From NCBI GenBank assembly GCA_965263395.1, contig OZ253670.1:1387958-1451957 (forward strand): a DNA stretch of 64,000 nt. Reading direction: 5' to 3'. Position 1 is the stretch's first letter. Each line of letters opens with the position of its first letter. The DNA comes from Dehalococcoidia bacterium (GTDB lineage: Bacteria > Chloroflexota > Dehalococcoidia > Lucifugimonadales > UBA3495). The notes below the pieces were generated by a model, which saw only the letters and a list, made by a program, of their open reading frames with translations, had not been told where the DNA came from and did no database searches. Below are positions 53,068 to 62,836 of this stretch, in pieces. The translations under genes and the position numbers were made by a program.

Positions 53068-53907
53068 GTGATGCTCCTTTCCGACTGGGGGCTGCCGTCT
53101 GAGCTGGCTGTATGGCTGGCGGCGCTGCTGCTGGCGTTGTCGTTCGGCATCGGCCTGCTGGGCGGAATGATCGGCTTATCTCTGGGCACCATGAGGCTGC
53201 CGGCGATGCTGCTGCTCGGGGTGCCGCTGCCGCTCGCCGCCAGCGCAAATATCCTGGTCAGCAGCCTGACCGCCATTTCGGGCAGTTATCGTCACCTGCG
53301 CGACGGCCGGGTAAAATTCCCCATCGTCCTGGCCGTGGGCCTGCCGGCTTTTGCCGCCGGATTCCTGGGAGGTTTCTTCAGTGGCCGCGCCCCGGTAAAC
53401 CTGCTTATCGGAATAGCCGGTGTCCTGATTCTGTGGCAAGCCGCCGAGCTGCTCCTGCTGGCAAAACGCCGGATCCGTGGCGGCGAGCGCGCATCGGACG
53501 ACGAATTAACCGGGTCTGAGGGCCATTTCACGGCGGCCCGCCTTATCGGCGGCAGCAGCGCCAGCTTCGGAATCGGCCTGTTGGCTGGGGCCATCGGCCT
53601 GGTGCTGGGTTCCGTTCGGCTGCCGTTGTTGATACGCATATTGCGGGTGGACCCGCGCATAGCCGCCGGCTCCAACCTGTTCATCGGCATGGCCATGGGC
53701 GCGCTGGGCTGGGTGGGGCACTTGTTCAATAGCCCGCCCGACCTGGCGCTCCTGCTGATATTGGGTTTGCCTGCCCTGGTTGGCAGCTACCTGGGCGCCA
53801 GGCTGACCGGCCGCATCAGCGTTAACGCCCTCCTATTGCTGATGGGGGCACTGCTGACGGGTTCGGGAATAATGATGCTGTGGCGGGCCGCCAGCGCGCT
53901 GTTCTAA
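53068..53907 (+). CDS. TauE/SafE-family sulfite-exporter-like membrane protein
   Basis: About 8 TM helices with an internal duplication (GIGLLGGMIGLSLGTMRLP and GIGLLAGAIGLVLGSVRLP) typical of TauE/SafE. Confidence 0.75.
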   Translation: MMLLSDWGLPSELAVWLAALLLALSFGIGLLGGMIGLSLGTMRLPAMLLLGVPLPLAASANILVSSLTAISGSYRHLRDGRVKFPIVLAVGLPAFAAGFLGGFFSGRAPVNLLIGIAGVLILWQAAELLLLAKRRIRGGERASDDELTGSEGHFTAARLIGGSSASFGIGLLAGAIGLVLGSVRLPLLIRILRVDPRIAAGSNLFIGMAMGALGWVGHLFNSPPDLALLLILGLPALVGSYLGARLTGRISVNALLLLMGALLTGSGIMMLWRAASALF

Positions 53908-53935
53908 CACTACTCTTCCGTCCGACGCTGCGTCC

Positions 53936-54469
53936 CTATCCCTCAACCTCGGTGCCGCCCAAGCCCTCTTCCTTGAAGAGTTGCGCCTTCCGGGCGTAGT
54001 TTTCCGCGGTGCGGATAATCATGGCGTGGTGGCGTTCGTTGGTCGGTTCTTCGCGGGCCGACGCGGGGACGCCCACCACGAAGGAGTTGGGGCCGAACTC
54101 CTTCCGTTCCAGGACCACCGCGCCGCTGGCGATGATGGAATTCTCCCCCAGAATCACGCCGTCGTTGAGCGTTGCGCCGTTGCCGATGAGGCAGTGGGTC
54201 TTGATGTGCTTGGCGTGGCTGGTAACGCCGTGGCCCAGCGTAACGTAGTCCTCGTAAATGGCGTCGCTGTCGGCGTGGAGCACACAGTTGTCCTGAATGT
54301 CCACGTATTCGCCCAGGGTGATTTTGATGGTGTCGGCGCGGATGACCGAGCCGGGCCACACGCTGGAATAAGCGCCGATTTCCACGTCGCCCACCACATA
54401 GGCGGCCTCGCTGACCCAGGCCGTGGGGTGAATCTTGGGGGTCTTGCCCTGATAGCTGCGAATGGTCAT
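53936..54469 (-). CDS. gamma-class carbonic anhydrase-like hexapeptide-repeat (LbH) protein
   Basis: MTIRSYQGKTPKIHPTAWVSEAAYVVGDVEIGAYSSVWPGSVIRAD...LGHGVTSHAKHIKTHCLIGNGATL. Start at ATG 54469. Confidence 0.85.
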   Translation of the reverse strand: MTIRSYQGKTPKIHPTAWVSEAAYVVGDVEIGAYSSVWPGSVIRADTIKITLGEYVDIQDNCVLHADSDAIYEDYVTLGHGVTSHAKHIKTHCLIGNGATLNDGVILGENSIIASGAVVLERKEFGPNSFVVGVPASAREEPTNERHHAMIIRTAENYARKAQLFKEEGLGGTEVEG

Positions 54470-54538
54470 GTTCTCCTCTTCGGCTGGTTTATCGAAGTTT
54501 ACCATTGACGCGGGGACCGGGGGCCTTTGGGGGAGGCT

Positions 54539-55738
54539 CTACGATTGCGCTGATTCGCGGGCGGCCAGCCACTTTTCCTTTTGACGGCGGCGGGTATCCT
54601 CGTCGGTGGGCCGGTATTCGGCCCAGAAGGACCGGCGAAACTGCTCGAACCGGTCCTGCAAGATGGCCTCCCGCGCCGCCTGCATCAGCCGGAAGATGAA
54701 CCGCAGGTTGTGGACGCTGGCCAGCCGCAGCCCCAACACTTCCCGCGCCTTGAACAGGTGCCACAGATAAGCCGCGGTGAAGTTCTGACAGGCGTAGCAG
54801 TCGCAGTCCGTCTCCAGGGGGGCATCCCAATCAGCGAACCGCCGGTTGGTGATGTTGACCCGTCCCTGCCGCGTGAACAGCGCCCCGTTGCGGGCCACCC
54901 GGGTGGGCAGAACGCAGTCGCACATATCCACGCCCGCGGCCACTGCTTCCACCAGGTCTTCCGGCGAGCCGACTCCCATCAGGTAGCGGGGTTTGCCGGC
55001 GGGCAGCAGGGCGGCCACCTGCTCCGTCATCTCATACATCTGGGCCTTGGACTCGCCCACCGCCAGCCCGCCTATGGCGCAGCCGTCGAAGGGAATGGAC
55101 GTGATGAACTCGGCCGACTCGGCCCGCAGGTCGGGGAAGGTGCCGCCCTGAACGATGCCGAACAACGCCTGGGAAGCGGCCGTGTCCGATGCGGCGTGGG
55201 TCTCGTAGCACTCCCCGGCCCAGCGGTGGGTGCGGTCCATGGCCCGGGTTATCTCGCCCCGCTCGGCCCCGAAGGCGATGCACTGGTCGAGGCACATGAT
55301 GATGTCTGCGCCCAGCCCTTCCTGGTTTTGCGTCGCCAGCCGGGGCGTGAACCGGTGCTCGCTGCCGTCAACGTGGGAGCGGAAGCTGATGCCGTCGTCG
55401 TCCACCTGCTTCAGCGAACCCATACTGAACGCCTGAAACCCGCCGCTGTCGGTGAGGATGGGACGGTCCCAGCCCATGAAGCGGTGCAGGCCGCCCAGCC
55501 GCTCCACCATGGCCACGCCGGGCCGCAGGTAAAGGTGGTAGGCGTTGCTCAGCACGATGTCTGCCCCCACTGCCGCCACTTCTTCGGGCGTCAGCGTCTT
55601 GACGGTGGCCTGAGTCGCCACCGGCATAAACGCCGGGGTTGCCACCGTCCCGTGGGGAGTGCTGAGCTCCCCGGCCCGGGCGGCGGTCCCGCCGTTGTCC
55701 TGGTGGTGCAGCTTGAAGGAAAATTCAGGTTCGGTCAT
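54539..55738 (-). CDS. tgt: tRNA-guanine transglycosylase (queuine tRNA-ribosyltransferase)
   Basis: LTDSGGFQ, GGLAVGE, DCVLPTRVARNG and the zinc site CDCYAC...H. Confidence 0.92.
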   Translation of the reverse strand: MTEPEFSFKLHHQDNGGTAARAGELSTPHGTVATPAFMPVATQATVKTLTPEEVAAVGADIVLSNAYHLYLRPGVAMVERLGGLHRFMGWDRPILTDSGGFQAFSMGSLKQVDDDGISFRSHVDGSEHRFTPRLATQNQEGLGADIIMCLDQCIAFGAERGEITRAMDRTHRWAGECYETHAASDTAASQALFGIVQGGTFPDLRAESAEFITSIPFDGCAIGGLAVGESKAQMYEMTEQVAALLPAGKPRYLMGVGSPEDLVEAVAAGVDMCDCVLPTRVARNGALFTRQGRVNITNRRFADWDAPLETDCDCYACQNFTAAYLWHLFKAREVLGLRLASVHNLRFIFRLMQAAREAILQDRFEQFRRSFWAEYRPTDEDTRRRQKEKWLAARESAQS

Positions 55739-55739
55739 A

Positions 55740-56339
55740 TTATTCCATGATTAGTTTGACTGATATTGCTTTCAACCGTGGAATGGTTACGAAGTTACCA
55801 AATATCGCCGAGTAAGTTTCCAGCCCTACCGATTCTCCGATGAACTCTATTTTGTCATCTTCCAACAAACGCTCTCCTTTGTAATCTGCCAAGTAAACAA
55901 CTTCATCTTCGGTCCAATCGTCGCCCAAGGTGACACGAAAATCGTAGCCATCATCCAAGATATGCTCCATTACCTGAACTACCGTTCCTTCAAAATAGAA
56001 GACTTGGGATTCGTATTTTTCGTTATACCTGAACAATTCTTTGTAGTCGATTGTTTTGGCACTGTCTTTGAGTTGGGCGAGTGTCGGGGTTGGAGTCGGT
56101 ATTGAGGTTGGAGTTGATACAATAGCAACATCCACATCATCTCCAACAATTGCTCCCAAGATTACCAGAACTATGAAAATTCCGAATAAACTACCGCCGA
56201 TAATAGAACCCCACTTCAGAAACCCTTTATGAGAAGTATGGGGCTTGGTTCTATTGATTGGGTTACCGCACTGGGTGCAAAAACTTGCACCTGCGCTTAT
56301 TCTGTTACCACACTGAGTACAATAGCTTATAATAGACAT
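55740..56339 (-). CDS. zinc-ribbon single-pass membrane protein
   Basis: N-terminal double CxxC (YCTQCGNRISAGASFCTQCGNPI), TM helix IIGGSLFGIFIVLVILGAIV, and a ~120-aa extracytoplasmic beta-rich domain. Strongly AT-rich. Its stop lies 1 nt from the tgt start. Confidence 0.65.
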   Translation of the reverse strand: MSIISYCTQCGNRISAGASFCTQCGNPINRTKPHTSHKGFLKWGSIIGGSLFGIFIVLVILGAIVGDDVDVAIVSTPTSIPTPTPTLAQLKDSAKTIDYKELFRYNEKYESQVFYFEGTVVQVMEHILDDGYDFRVTLGDDWTEDEVVYLADYKGERLLEDDKIEFIGESVGLETYSAIFGNFVTIPRLKAISVKLIME

Positions 56340-56508
56340 ATTGGTTACTTTCCTCTACGACTGTTGCCTTCAGCGGAATCAGGACGAACGGATTAAGTAA
56401 CTAACCGTGGGAGATCCCCCCACGTTTTACTGGCATACGGAACCAAGAATATGCAATACGCCTGATTTGAAAATTACGGTTCACAAGGCGTATCAGGTTG
56501 CAGGATTT

Positions 56509-58044
56509 CTAGGAGTCACGATTGAGCCTCTGTATAGACCCGGGATAGTCGATAAACGGCTGGCTGCCTCGAACAACAAAAAATATCTGTTGTTCAATCT
56601 TCGACAGATTACCTTCATGATACACGTCTTCCTTGATTTCACGGTCCCTTTCGCCAATTAGATGATCTGCCAGTCTCTCTCCCCATTTGGCTCCTTTGCT
56701 CAGCTTGAATTGCTCCGCATGTTTGTGCAGAACATCGTTGAACGCCTTCTGAAATCCTACCTGTTTGTCACTGATACGCTCCTTTATTTCTTGTACCAAG
56801 GTATCTTGATCTAAGGTTACGGGTTGAGACAAGTCTGATGCCCAAGCCACAGCAACTGCTACCAATTGCTCCACCTTGAAATTCTTAAGCTCAAAATCCG
56901 GGTCATTCAAGACACAGGGTAAATTGACGAGCCCATCTTGTTCCAGTTTTTCCGCACGTGTACGTACTTGGGGTGAATCGCTATCAAACGTCAAGGTCAC
57001 GAAGCATTGTTCCTCTCTGGCGGTATTAAGGGCAGCGTCCAGATCTGGACGCTGTTTTCCTAATGCTCCTTCTCCACCAAAATTTCTGATAGTAACAAAT
57101 TCTAAGGCACTCGATCCAATCGCCTTCGCGTATTCGAGAATAAATCCTTCTTCGGTTGCACCCTCTACAAGCCACAGCACCCTAAATGCAGGGTCAAGCC
57201 CATAATGTCGAACCACCGGCCTCAAGAATCCGGGGGAGCCGAACTTCGGTTGGCTTCCAAAGTTCCGCTCGACCCAAATCGTATCTGGATGCCCAGTGGG
57301 GTCCCATTCCTTGGTCACCGGGTTGTCAGAAACCTGCTCCAGGCACATCCTAGTAATCTCAGCTAGTTCATACAAATCGTGAGCTAATCTAAGCCGTCCC
57401 TTGAATTTGCTTCGTTGTGCGAAAGGCATTGACCTAAGGAGGAGGTATAAGTCTGGAGTCGGGTCAATAGTTGATGTGCCAAAGAGCAAGTCACTTCTCC
57501 ATTCGGTTAGACGCTCAACTGAGATTGAATGCTTATCAAGCCAGTCTTGGATTTTGGTTTCCTCTTTCCACCTCATCCAACTGTCGGGATCGTCGCTTGC
57601 ATAATTAACAACGCCGGGTCGTGGCCCCCGCACGGTTGGCAAAAAGTATGGTTCCAACCATAGCAAAAGTGGTAGGAATTGTTGATTGAATTCTCGGCAG
57701 GCGCCGCTTTTTGGCCAGTCAGTCAAATGCTGCGCACAATAGGACCAATTCTGGTCAATGAATTCCTTCAACCTTGCCGGCTCAAGTCCGCAAAAATTGA
57801 TTCCGGAATCAATTCTGGTCTCTAAACCGCGACATGACATTCTTATTGGCCAGATCTGGAAGGGATGAAAGTCTCCGAGTTCAGTATCAAGTTTTTCAAT
57901 TAACCCAGCATCTACAAATGCCCGAACTCCTTCAACCCCTACATTCAAATCGCGATCCCGCAGAAAAGTGTTAAACTGGCGCTCGGACATGAAAGGGATT
58001 TGATGAAAAAGTCTGTTTGTTACTGCCTCTTCAATGAGAGTCAT
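56509..58044 (-). CDS. hypothetical protein: novel N-terminal region fused to a Toprim-like (RloB/DUF4276/OLD-type) C-terminal domain
   Basis: VLWLVEGATEEGFILEYA (Toprim Glu), TLTFDSDSP (DxD) and NDPDFELKNF (resembles the SNPcFElW motif of RloB-like proteins). The first ~290 aa are unassigned. Strongly AT-rich. ATG 58044 lies 2 nt after the stop of the upstream TauE-like gene; alternative start at 58083. Confidence 0.6.
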   Translation of the reverse strand: MTLIEEAVTNRLFHQIPFMSERQFNTFLRDRDLNVGVEGVRAFVDAGLIEKLDTELGDFHPFQIWPIRMSCRGLETRIDSGINFCGLEPARLKEFIDQNWSYCAQHLTDWPKSGACREFNQQFLPLLLWLEPYFLPTVRGPRPGVVNYASDDPDSWMRWKEETKIQDWLDKHSISVERLTEWRSDLLFGTSTIDPTPDLYLLLRSMPFAQRSKFKGRLRLAHDLYELAEITRMCLEQVSDNPVTKEWDPTGHPDTIWVERNFGSQPKFGSPGFLRPVVRHYGLDPAFRVLWLVEGATEEGFILEYAKAIGSSALEFVTIRNFGGEGALGKQRPDLDAALNTAREEQCFVTLTFDSDSPQVRTRAEKLEQDGLVNLPCVLNDPDFELKNFKVEQLVAVAVAWASDLSQPVTLDQDTLVQEIKERISDKQVGFQKAFNDVLHKHAEQFKLSKGAKWGERLADHLIGERDREIKEDVYHEGNLSKIEQQIFFVVRGSQPFIDYPGSIQRLNRDS

Positions 58045-58046
58045 TT

Positions 58047-59120
58047 TTACCTCAAAATTTTCCTGACTCCAGGCAGGCCCCATACCCTAAGGCGAGCCCG
58101 CGCCAGCAGTGCGGCGATTACCAGGCACATGGTCCCGGATACGCCCAGCAGCACGTAGGCGGCGATGTCTCCCAGGAATTCCAGGCCGGGCAGGGTGGCG
58201 GCTGCCTGCTCCAACGCCACCGCCGCGCAGCCGCTGAGCACCGTAATCCCGTACAGGATGCGGATTCGTCCGGCGTCCACGAACCGGGTGGCCGTGGCGC
58301 CAATCTGCGAACCCACCGAGGCCGCCCCCAGAATGATTATCGCCATCAGCGGGTCAACCCGGTTGCCCAGCGCGTAGAAGAAGGTTCCCACCGAGCCGGT
58401 GATGATGACCTGGAACAGGTCGGTGCCGATGGCGACGGTGGTTGGTATGCCCACTACGAACACCAGCACCGGCATCAGGATGAAGCCGCCGCCGGCCCCG
58501 AGCAGTCCGGCAAAGAAGCCGATGCCGAATCCCACCAGTACCGGGATGAAAACGGATATGCGGTCGATGCCCGACACGGGCAGGGCGATGTAGGTGGACC
58601 GAGCCGACAGTCCCGGCAGGTTTATCGAGTGGGGGGGAATCCGCAGCGACTGTACCCGCCGGGCCAGCCGCGCCGTGGACACCGCTTCGCCTTCCGCATT
58701 CCCGGCGGCGCGGCGCCGGGTCTTGATGTAGTCGTACACCAGGAAGCACCCCAGTATCAGCAGCACGGCGACGTAGACATAACGGATGACCGGCCCGGCC
58801 AGACCCGCCGCTGCCAGGGCGCTGTTCAGCCGCTCGGCTAGGAACACCGCCGGAATGGTGCCGCACACCATCAGGCTCCCCAGCTTGAAGTCCACGTTGC
58901 CCAAGCCCCGGTGCTTGAGCATATTGATAATGGACGAACCCATTATCAGGGTCAGGCCGGTGCCGACGGCGAAGATGGGCGGCACCCCGAACACCAGCAG
59001 TCCTCCGGTAATCAGGAAGCCGCCGCCCACGCCGAAGAACCCGCCCAGGGTTCCGACAATCACTCCCAGCAGCGCCAGCAGAACCGGATTCACCACCACG
59101 TCGGCGTTGGGAAAGAGCAT
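58047..59120 (-). CDS. TauE/SafE-family membrane protein
   Basis: Start taken at ATG 59120 (MLFPNADVVVNPVLLALLGVIVGTLGGFFGVGGGFLITGG). The motif recurs at GFFAGLLGAGGGFILMPVLV. The track's 212-aa N-terminal extension runs through repeat DNA. Confidence 0.8.
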   Translation of the reverse strand: MLFPNADVVVNPVLLALLGVIVGTLGGFFGVGGGFLITGGLLVFGVPPIFAVGTGLTLIMGSSIINMLKHRGLGNVDFKLGSLMVCGTIPAVFLAERLNSALAAAGLAGPVIRYVYVAVLLILGCFLVYDYIKTRRRAAGNAEGEAVSTARLARRVQSLRIPPHSINLPGLSARSTYIALPVSGIDRISVFIPVLVGFGIGFFAGLLGAGGGFILMPVLVFVVGIPTTVAIGTDLFQVIITGSVGTFFYALGNRVDPLMAIIILGAASVGSQIGATATRFVDAGRIRILYGITVLSGCAAVALEQAAATLPGLEFLGDIAAYVLLGVSGTMCLVIAALLARARLRVWGLPGVRKILR

Positions 59121-59122
59121 AT

Positions 59123-59323
59123 CTATCCCTGCCGCTCCTGCCCGCTGCCGTTCCGGTTCCGCGAGCCGCCGGAGAAGGCCAGGGCCAAGCCCCGCAGCGC
59201 CAACTCCCAGAACCAGTACAGGACCAGGCCGGTCGAGGCAATGACCACCATGACCAGCAGGGACCACAGCAAGGGAGACTCGGCGCTGAAAGTCTTGAAG
59301 AAGTGGGCCAGCGATTCGTACAT
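59123..59323 (-). CDS. small membrane protein, translationally coupled to the TauE-like gene
   Basis: 66 aa with TM helix [22 protein letters not shown]. Its stop lies 2 nt before the TauE-like start. Confidence 0.45.
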   Translation of the reverse strand: MYESLAHFFKTFSAESPLLWSLLVMVVIASTGLVLYWFWELALRGLALAFSGGSRNRNGSGQERQG

Positions 59324-59364
59324 TTACCCAGTATAACCCACAGGAGCGGAGGGAACAGGCACCC

Positions 59365-59456
59365 CGTCTTTCCCGCGCAGGCAGGACGGCGTTTTGGCAA
59401 AGGAACGCTGTCCTTTCCTGGCGATTTCCTGGATTCCTGCCTGCGCAGGAAAGACG
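59365..59456. repeat. Family-2 palindromic REP-like element
   Basis: CGTCTTTCCCGCGCAGGCAGGACGG...CTGGATTCCTGCCTGCGCAGGAAAGACG. Confidence 0.8.
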
Positions 59457-59540
59457 AAGAGGGTGTAGGAGTGATGAGGAAGGCTCCAGATTGACGGTAA
59501 AACCAACACAACTACGGGATACCTGCGCCCCGGGTTTTCC

Positions 59541-59588
59541 ATTCTCCCCTCTCCCCGCAGGAGATGGGCCGGGGGTGAGGGCGTTCCC
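59541..59588. repeat. Family-1 half-element
   Basis: ATTCTCCCCTCTCCCCGCAGGAGATGGGCCGGGGGTGAGGGCGTTCCC. Confidence 0.75.
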
Positions 59589-59754
59589 GCAGTTTTTGAC
59601 TGGCCAAATCGCCGGGGTTATACTGGTACGGTTGCCGCGACCCCCTGCTTGGGCCACCCCCCTGCGGGCCTTCCCCGGCTTGACGACCCCGCCGCAACCT
59701 TCGTCTTTACGGCGAATTTGCTTACAACCCAGTTTTTTGCAACCAGGAGTATCC

Positions 59755-60999
59755 ATGCCCTTCTTGAAGGACCAAGACCCGGATGTCGCCCGGGCTATTG
59801 AGCAAGAGAACGACCGCCAGCGGGACAGCGTGGTCCTGATTGCTTCGGAGAACTACGCCAGCCGGGCGGTGCTGGAAGCCCAGTCCGGCGTGATGAACAA
59901 TAAGTACGCCGAAGGCTACCCCGGCCGCCGCTACTACGGCGGATGCGAGTTCGTCGACGTGGTGGAACAGTTGGCCATCGACCGGGTGAAGCAGCTCTTC
60001 GGCGCCGAACACGCCAACGTGCAGGCCCACAGCGGCGCCCAGGCCAATATGTCGGTCTACTTCGCCCTGCTGGAACCCGGCGACACCGTTATGGGGATGC
60101 AATTGGACCAGGGCGGCCACCTGACCCACGGCGCATCGGTCAACTTCTCGGGCAAGCTGTACAATTTCGTCCCCTACGGCGTGGACCGGGACACCGAGAC
60201 CATTGACTATGACGAGGTGGAGCGGCTGGCCAAGGAATGTCAACCCAAGCTGATTGTCGCCGGATGCAGCGCCTACGCCCGGGTAATTGACTTCCCGCGC
60301 TTCCGGGCCATCGCCGACGAAGTGGGCGCGATGCTGATGGTGGACATGGCCCACATCGCCGGTCTTATCGCCGGCGGCGCGCATCCGTCGCCCTTCCCTC
60401 ATGCCCACGTCGTGACCTCCACGACGCAGAAGACCCTGCGCGGACCCCGGGGCGGGTTGGCGCTGTCCCAGGAAGACCTGGCCCGCAAGATAGACTTTGC
60501 CGTGTTCCCCTTCATGCAGGGCGGGCCGTTCATGCACGTCATCGCCGCCAAGGCGGTCTGCTTTGGCGAGGCGCTGCATCCCGATTATGCCCGGTACGCG
60601 GCCCAGGTGGTGGCCAACGCCCAGGCCATGGCCCGGGAGCTTTCCGAAGCCGGTCTGCGGCTGGTGTCCGGCGGCACCGACAACCATCTGCTGCTGGTGG
60701 ACCTGACCCCGCTGGGCCTCACCGGCCGCGAGGTGGAGGTTGCCATGGAAAACGTGGGAATCAGCGCCAACAAGAACGCCATACCCTTCGACCCCAAGCC
60801 GCCCCGGGTCACCAGCGGCCTGCGGCTGGGGACTCCGGCCATCACCAGCCGGGGTTTCAAGGAAGAGGATTCCCAGCGGGTGGCCCAGTTGATTCTCCGG
60901 CTCGTGACCAACATGGGCGACGATTCGGTCAAGAAAGAGGTTGCGGACGGCGTAAAGGAGCTAACCGCCAACTTCCCGGTGCCTGGGTTGGACCTGTAG
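59755..60999 (+). CDS. glyA: serine hydroxymethyltransferase
   Basis: [23 protein letters not shown], and PLP-lysine region [15 protein letters not shown]. Start at ATG 59755. Confidence 0.92.
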   Translation: MPFLKDQDPDVARAIEQENDRQRDSVVLIASENYASRAVLEAQSGVMNNKYAEGYPGRRYYGGCEFVDVVEQLAIDRVKQLFGAEHANVQAHSGAQANMSVYFALLEPGDTVMGMQLDQGGHLTHGASVNFSGKLYNFVPYGVDRDTETIDYDEVERLAKECQPKLIVAGCSAYARVIDFPRFRAIADEVGAMLMVDMAHIAGLIAGGAHPSPFPHAHVVTSTTQKTLRGPRGGLALSQEDLARKIDFAVFPFMQGGPFMHVIAAKAVCFGEALHPDYARYAAQVVANAQAMARELSEAGLRLVSGGTDNHLLLVDLTPLGLTGREVEVAMENVGISANKNAIPFDPKPPRVTSGLRLGTPAITSRGFKEEDSQRVAQLILRLVTNMGDDSVKKEVADGVKELTANFPVPGLDL

Positions 61000-61044
61000 G
61001 CCGGATGTATCCCGCGGATGGTGAATTGATCAAGCCGTATATAA

Positions 61045-61082
61045 GGGGGTTTGGGGGATGACCCCCCCCAACGTTCCCCGTC
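61045..61082. repeat. Family-3 palindromic repeat
   Basis: GGGGGTTTGGGGGATGACCCCCCCAACGTTCCCCGTCC is the reverse orientation of the 32225 copy. Confidence 0.7.
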
Positions 61083-61119
61083 CTGGCATACAATTGCCCG
61101 TAACACCCATTGCGGCGTG

Positions 61120-61148
61120 TTGAGCCTGTTCCCAGCCAATGCTATAAT
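61120..61148 (+). promoter_or_regulatory. sigma70-like promoter of the rpsF-ssb-rpsR operon
   Basis: TTGAGC (61120-61125), 17-nt spacer, TGCTATAAT (TATAAT at 61143-61148). About 34 nt upstream of the rpsF start. Confidence 0.55.
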
Positions 61149-61181
61149 CTGCCCTAGTGTGAATTTGTAGAGGAGTCCTGC

Positions 61182-61763
61182 TTGCGTAACTACGAACTGG
61201 TAGCCATCCTCAGCCCCATGCTTAACCAGGATCAGGCCAGCGAAGCCTGGGGCCAGATTAAGGATTTCATAACCAACCGCGAGGCCGAGATTACCCGGGA
61301 GCAGGCTTGGGGCACCCGTCGGCTGGCTTACCCCATCCGCAAGGGGTCGTACAACTTCCTTGAGGGAAGTTATTACCTGACCCAGTTCGCCACCGAAAGG
61401 CCCTTCAACGTCGAACTGGAGACCTTCCTGCGGCTGGACGAGCGCGTCCTGCGGTCGCTGGTGACCCTGACCGACCCCAGCCTTCCGCTGGCCCAGCCGG
61501 GCATGGCCGCCGCGCGCGCCGCAGCCCAGGCCCAGGCGCAAGCCGCGTTGGCCGCAGCCCAGGCTGCCGCCGAAGCGACGGCTGCCCCTGATGCGGAAGC
61601 TGCGGCCGATACTGACGCGGCCACGCCCGAAGCCGCCGAAGGTGAGGCGTCTCCCGCCAGTGAAGCAGCGCCGGTTGCGGAAGTTCCCGTTGCGGAAGCT
61701 GCTCCGTCCGCCGAGGCCCCCGCTCCCGCCGAGGCGTCTCCCGAGCCGGAAACCGGAAGCTAA
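61182..61763 (+). CDS. rpsF: 30S ribosomal protein S6 with ~95-aa Ala/Glu/Pro-rich C-terminal extension
   Basis: MRNYELVAILSP...WGTRRLAYPIRKGSYNF. TTG start after GAGGAG. The tail reads AAQAQAQAALAAAQAAAEATAAPDAEAAADT... Confidence 0.9.
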   Translation: MRNYELVAILSPMLNQDQASEAWGQIKDFITNREAEITREQAWGTRRLAYPIRKGSYNFLEGSYYLTQFATERPFNVELETFLRLDERVLRSLVTLTDPSLPLAQPGMAAARAAAQAQAQAALAAAQAAAEATAAPDAEAAADTDAATPEAAEGEASPASEAAPVAEVPVAEAAPSAEAPAPAEASPEPETGS

Positions 61764-61774
61764 GAGGAAAGACG

Positions 61775-62314
61775 ATGAACAAAATCATCGTAATCGGCAA
61801 CTTGGGCCGCGACCCGGAAATGCGCTACACCCCCAGCGGACAGACTGTTACGTCCTTCAGCGTCGCTTCCAACCGGAAGTACACCGTCAACGGCGAGCAG
61901 CGCGAGGAAACCGAGTGGTTCAATGTCAGCGCGTGGGGCCGCCTCGCCGAAACGTGCAACCAGTATCTGACCAAGGGCCAACAAGTGTACGTCGAGGGCC
62001 GGTTGCGCAGTCGTACTTATCAGGGGAACGATGGCCAAACCCGTTTTTCCAATGACATTAATTTGACCGAAATGCAAATGCTGGGCCGAGGCGGGGACGC
62101 TGGTGGCGGCGGTGGCGATCAAGCCCCTTACGGAGAAGACCAGGGGCAGGGTTACAGTGGCCCCGGCAGCGATAATCCCCAGGGCGGCGGCGGTTATGAC
62201 CGTGGACCATCCGGTAGCCCATCCGGCAGTCCTTCCGGCGGTGGCTATGGGGGAAACCAGGGCCGGGGCCATGACCGTTCACCCCCCGACGACGTGGACG
62301 ATCTGCCTTTCTAG
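61775..62314 (+). CDS. ssb: single-stranded DNA-binding protein
   Basis: MNKIIVIGNLGRDPEMRYTPSGQTVTSFSVASNR...WFNVSAWGRLAE, then a Gly-rich linker and an acidic tip DDVDDLPF. Confidence 0.92.
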   Translation: MNKIIVIGNLGRDPEMRYTPSGQTVTSFSVASNRKYTVNGEQREETEWFNVSAWGRLAETCNQYLTKGQQVYVEGRLRSRTYQGNDGQTRFSNDINLTEMQMLGRGGDAGGGGGDQAPYGEDQGQGYSGPGSDNPQGGGGYDRGPSGSPSGSPSGGGYGGNQGRGHDRSPPDDVDDLPF

Positions 62315-62347
62315 CCCAGGCAATTATTTGGGAGGAACATCCCGTTT

Positions 62348-62836
62348 ATGACGACGACACAACAGCCGACCCCCGCTGCGCCCCAGCCCCAACCGGGTGT
62401 TGCGCCGCAGCCCGGCGCCCCACCCCAGCCCGGCGTCCCGCCCCAACCCGGAGCGGCCCCTCAACCCGGAATGGCTCCCCGGCCTCCCGGCCCCCGTCCG
62501 GGTGGATTTCGTCCCGGCGGTGGCGGTGGCTATCGTCCCGGCGGCGGTCCCCGTCCCGGCGGCGGGACGCGCCAGGGAGGGCGGCCCCGCGGCCGCTACG
62601 GCCCCCGGCGGCGGGTATGTTCCTTCTGCGTCGAGCACATCAAGCACATCGACTACAAGGATGTTGACCGCCTGCGCCGGTTCGTGTCCGACCGGGCCAA
62701 GATTGAGCCCACCCGCAAGACGGGCGTTTGCGCCAAGCACCAGCGTCTGCTGAGCACCGCCATCAAGCGGGCCCGGCATCTGGCCCTGCTGCCCTTCGCG
62801 CCCACGCCGTCCATCAGCATGGGCTACCGCCGCTAG
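62348..62836 (+). CDS. rpsR: 30S ribosomal protein S18 with ~85-aa Pro/Gln/Gly-rich N-terminal extension
   Basis: Core [61 protein letters not shown]-terminus has five PQPGxx hexapeptides followed by RPGGG repeats. Confidence 0.88.
   Translation: MTTTQQPTPAAPQPQPGVAPQPGAPPQPGVPPQPGAAPQPGMAPRPPGPRPGGFRPGGGGGYRPGGGPRPGGGTRQGGRPRGRYGPRRRVCSFCVEHIKHIDYKDVDRLRRFVSDRAKIEPTRKTGVCAKHQRLLSTAIKRARHLALLPFAPTPSISMGYRR

Noticed and set aside
58047-59756. Track ORFs with long N-terminal extensions: 58047-59756, 29171-30448, 20142-21731, 5793-7442, 7507-8538, 37733-38707 and 44978-46405.
   Set aside because: The family-typical N-termini begin at internal start codons, several with good RBS. The extensions cross repeat DNA or overlap neighbouring genes, so shorter coordinates were used.
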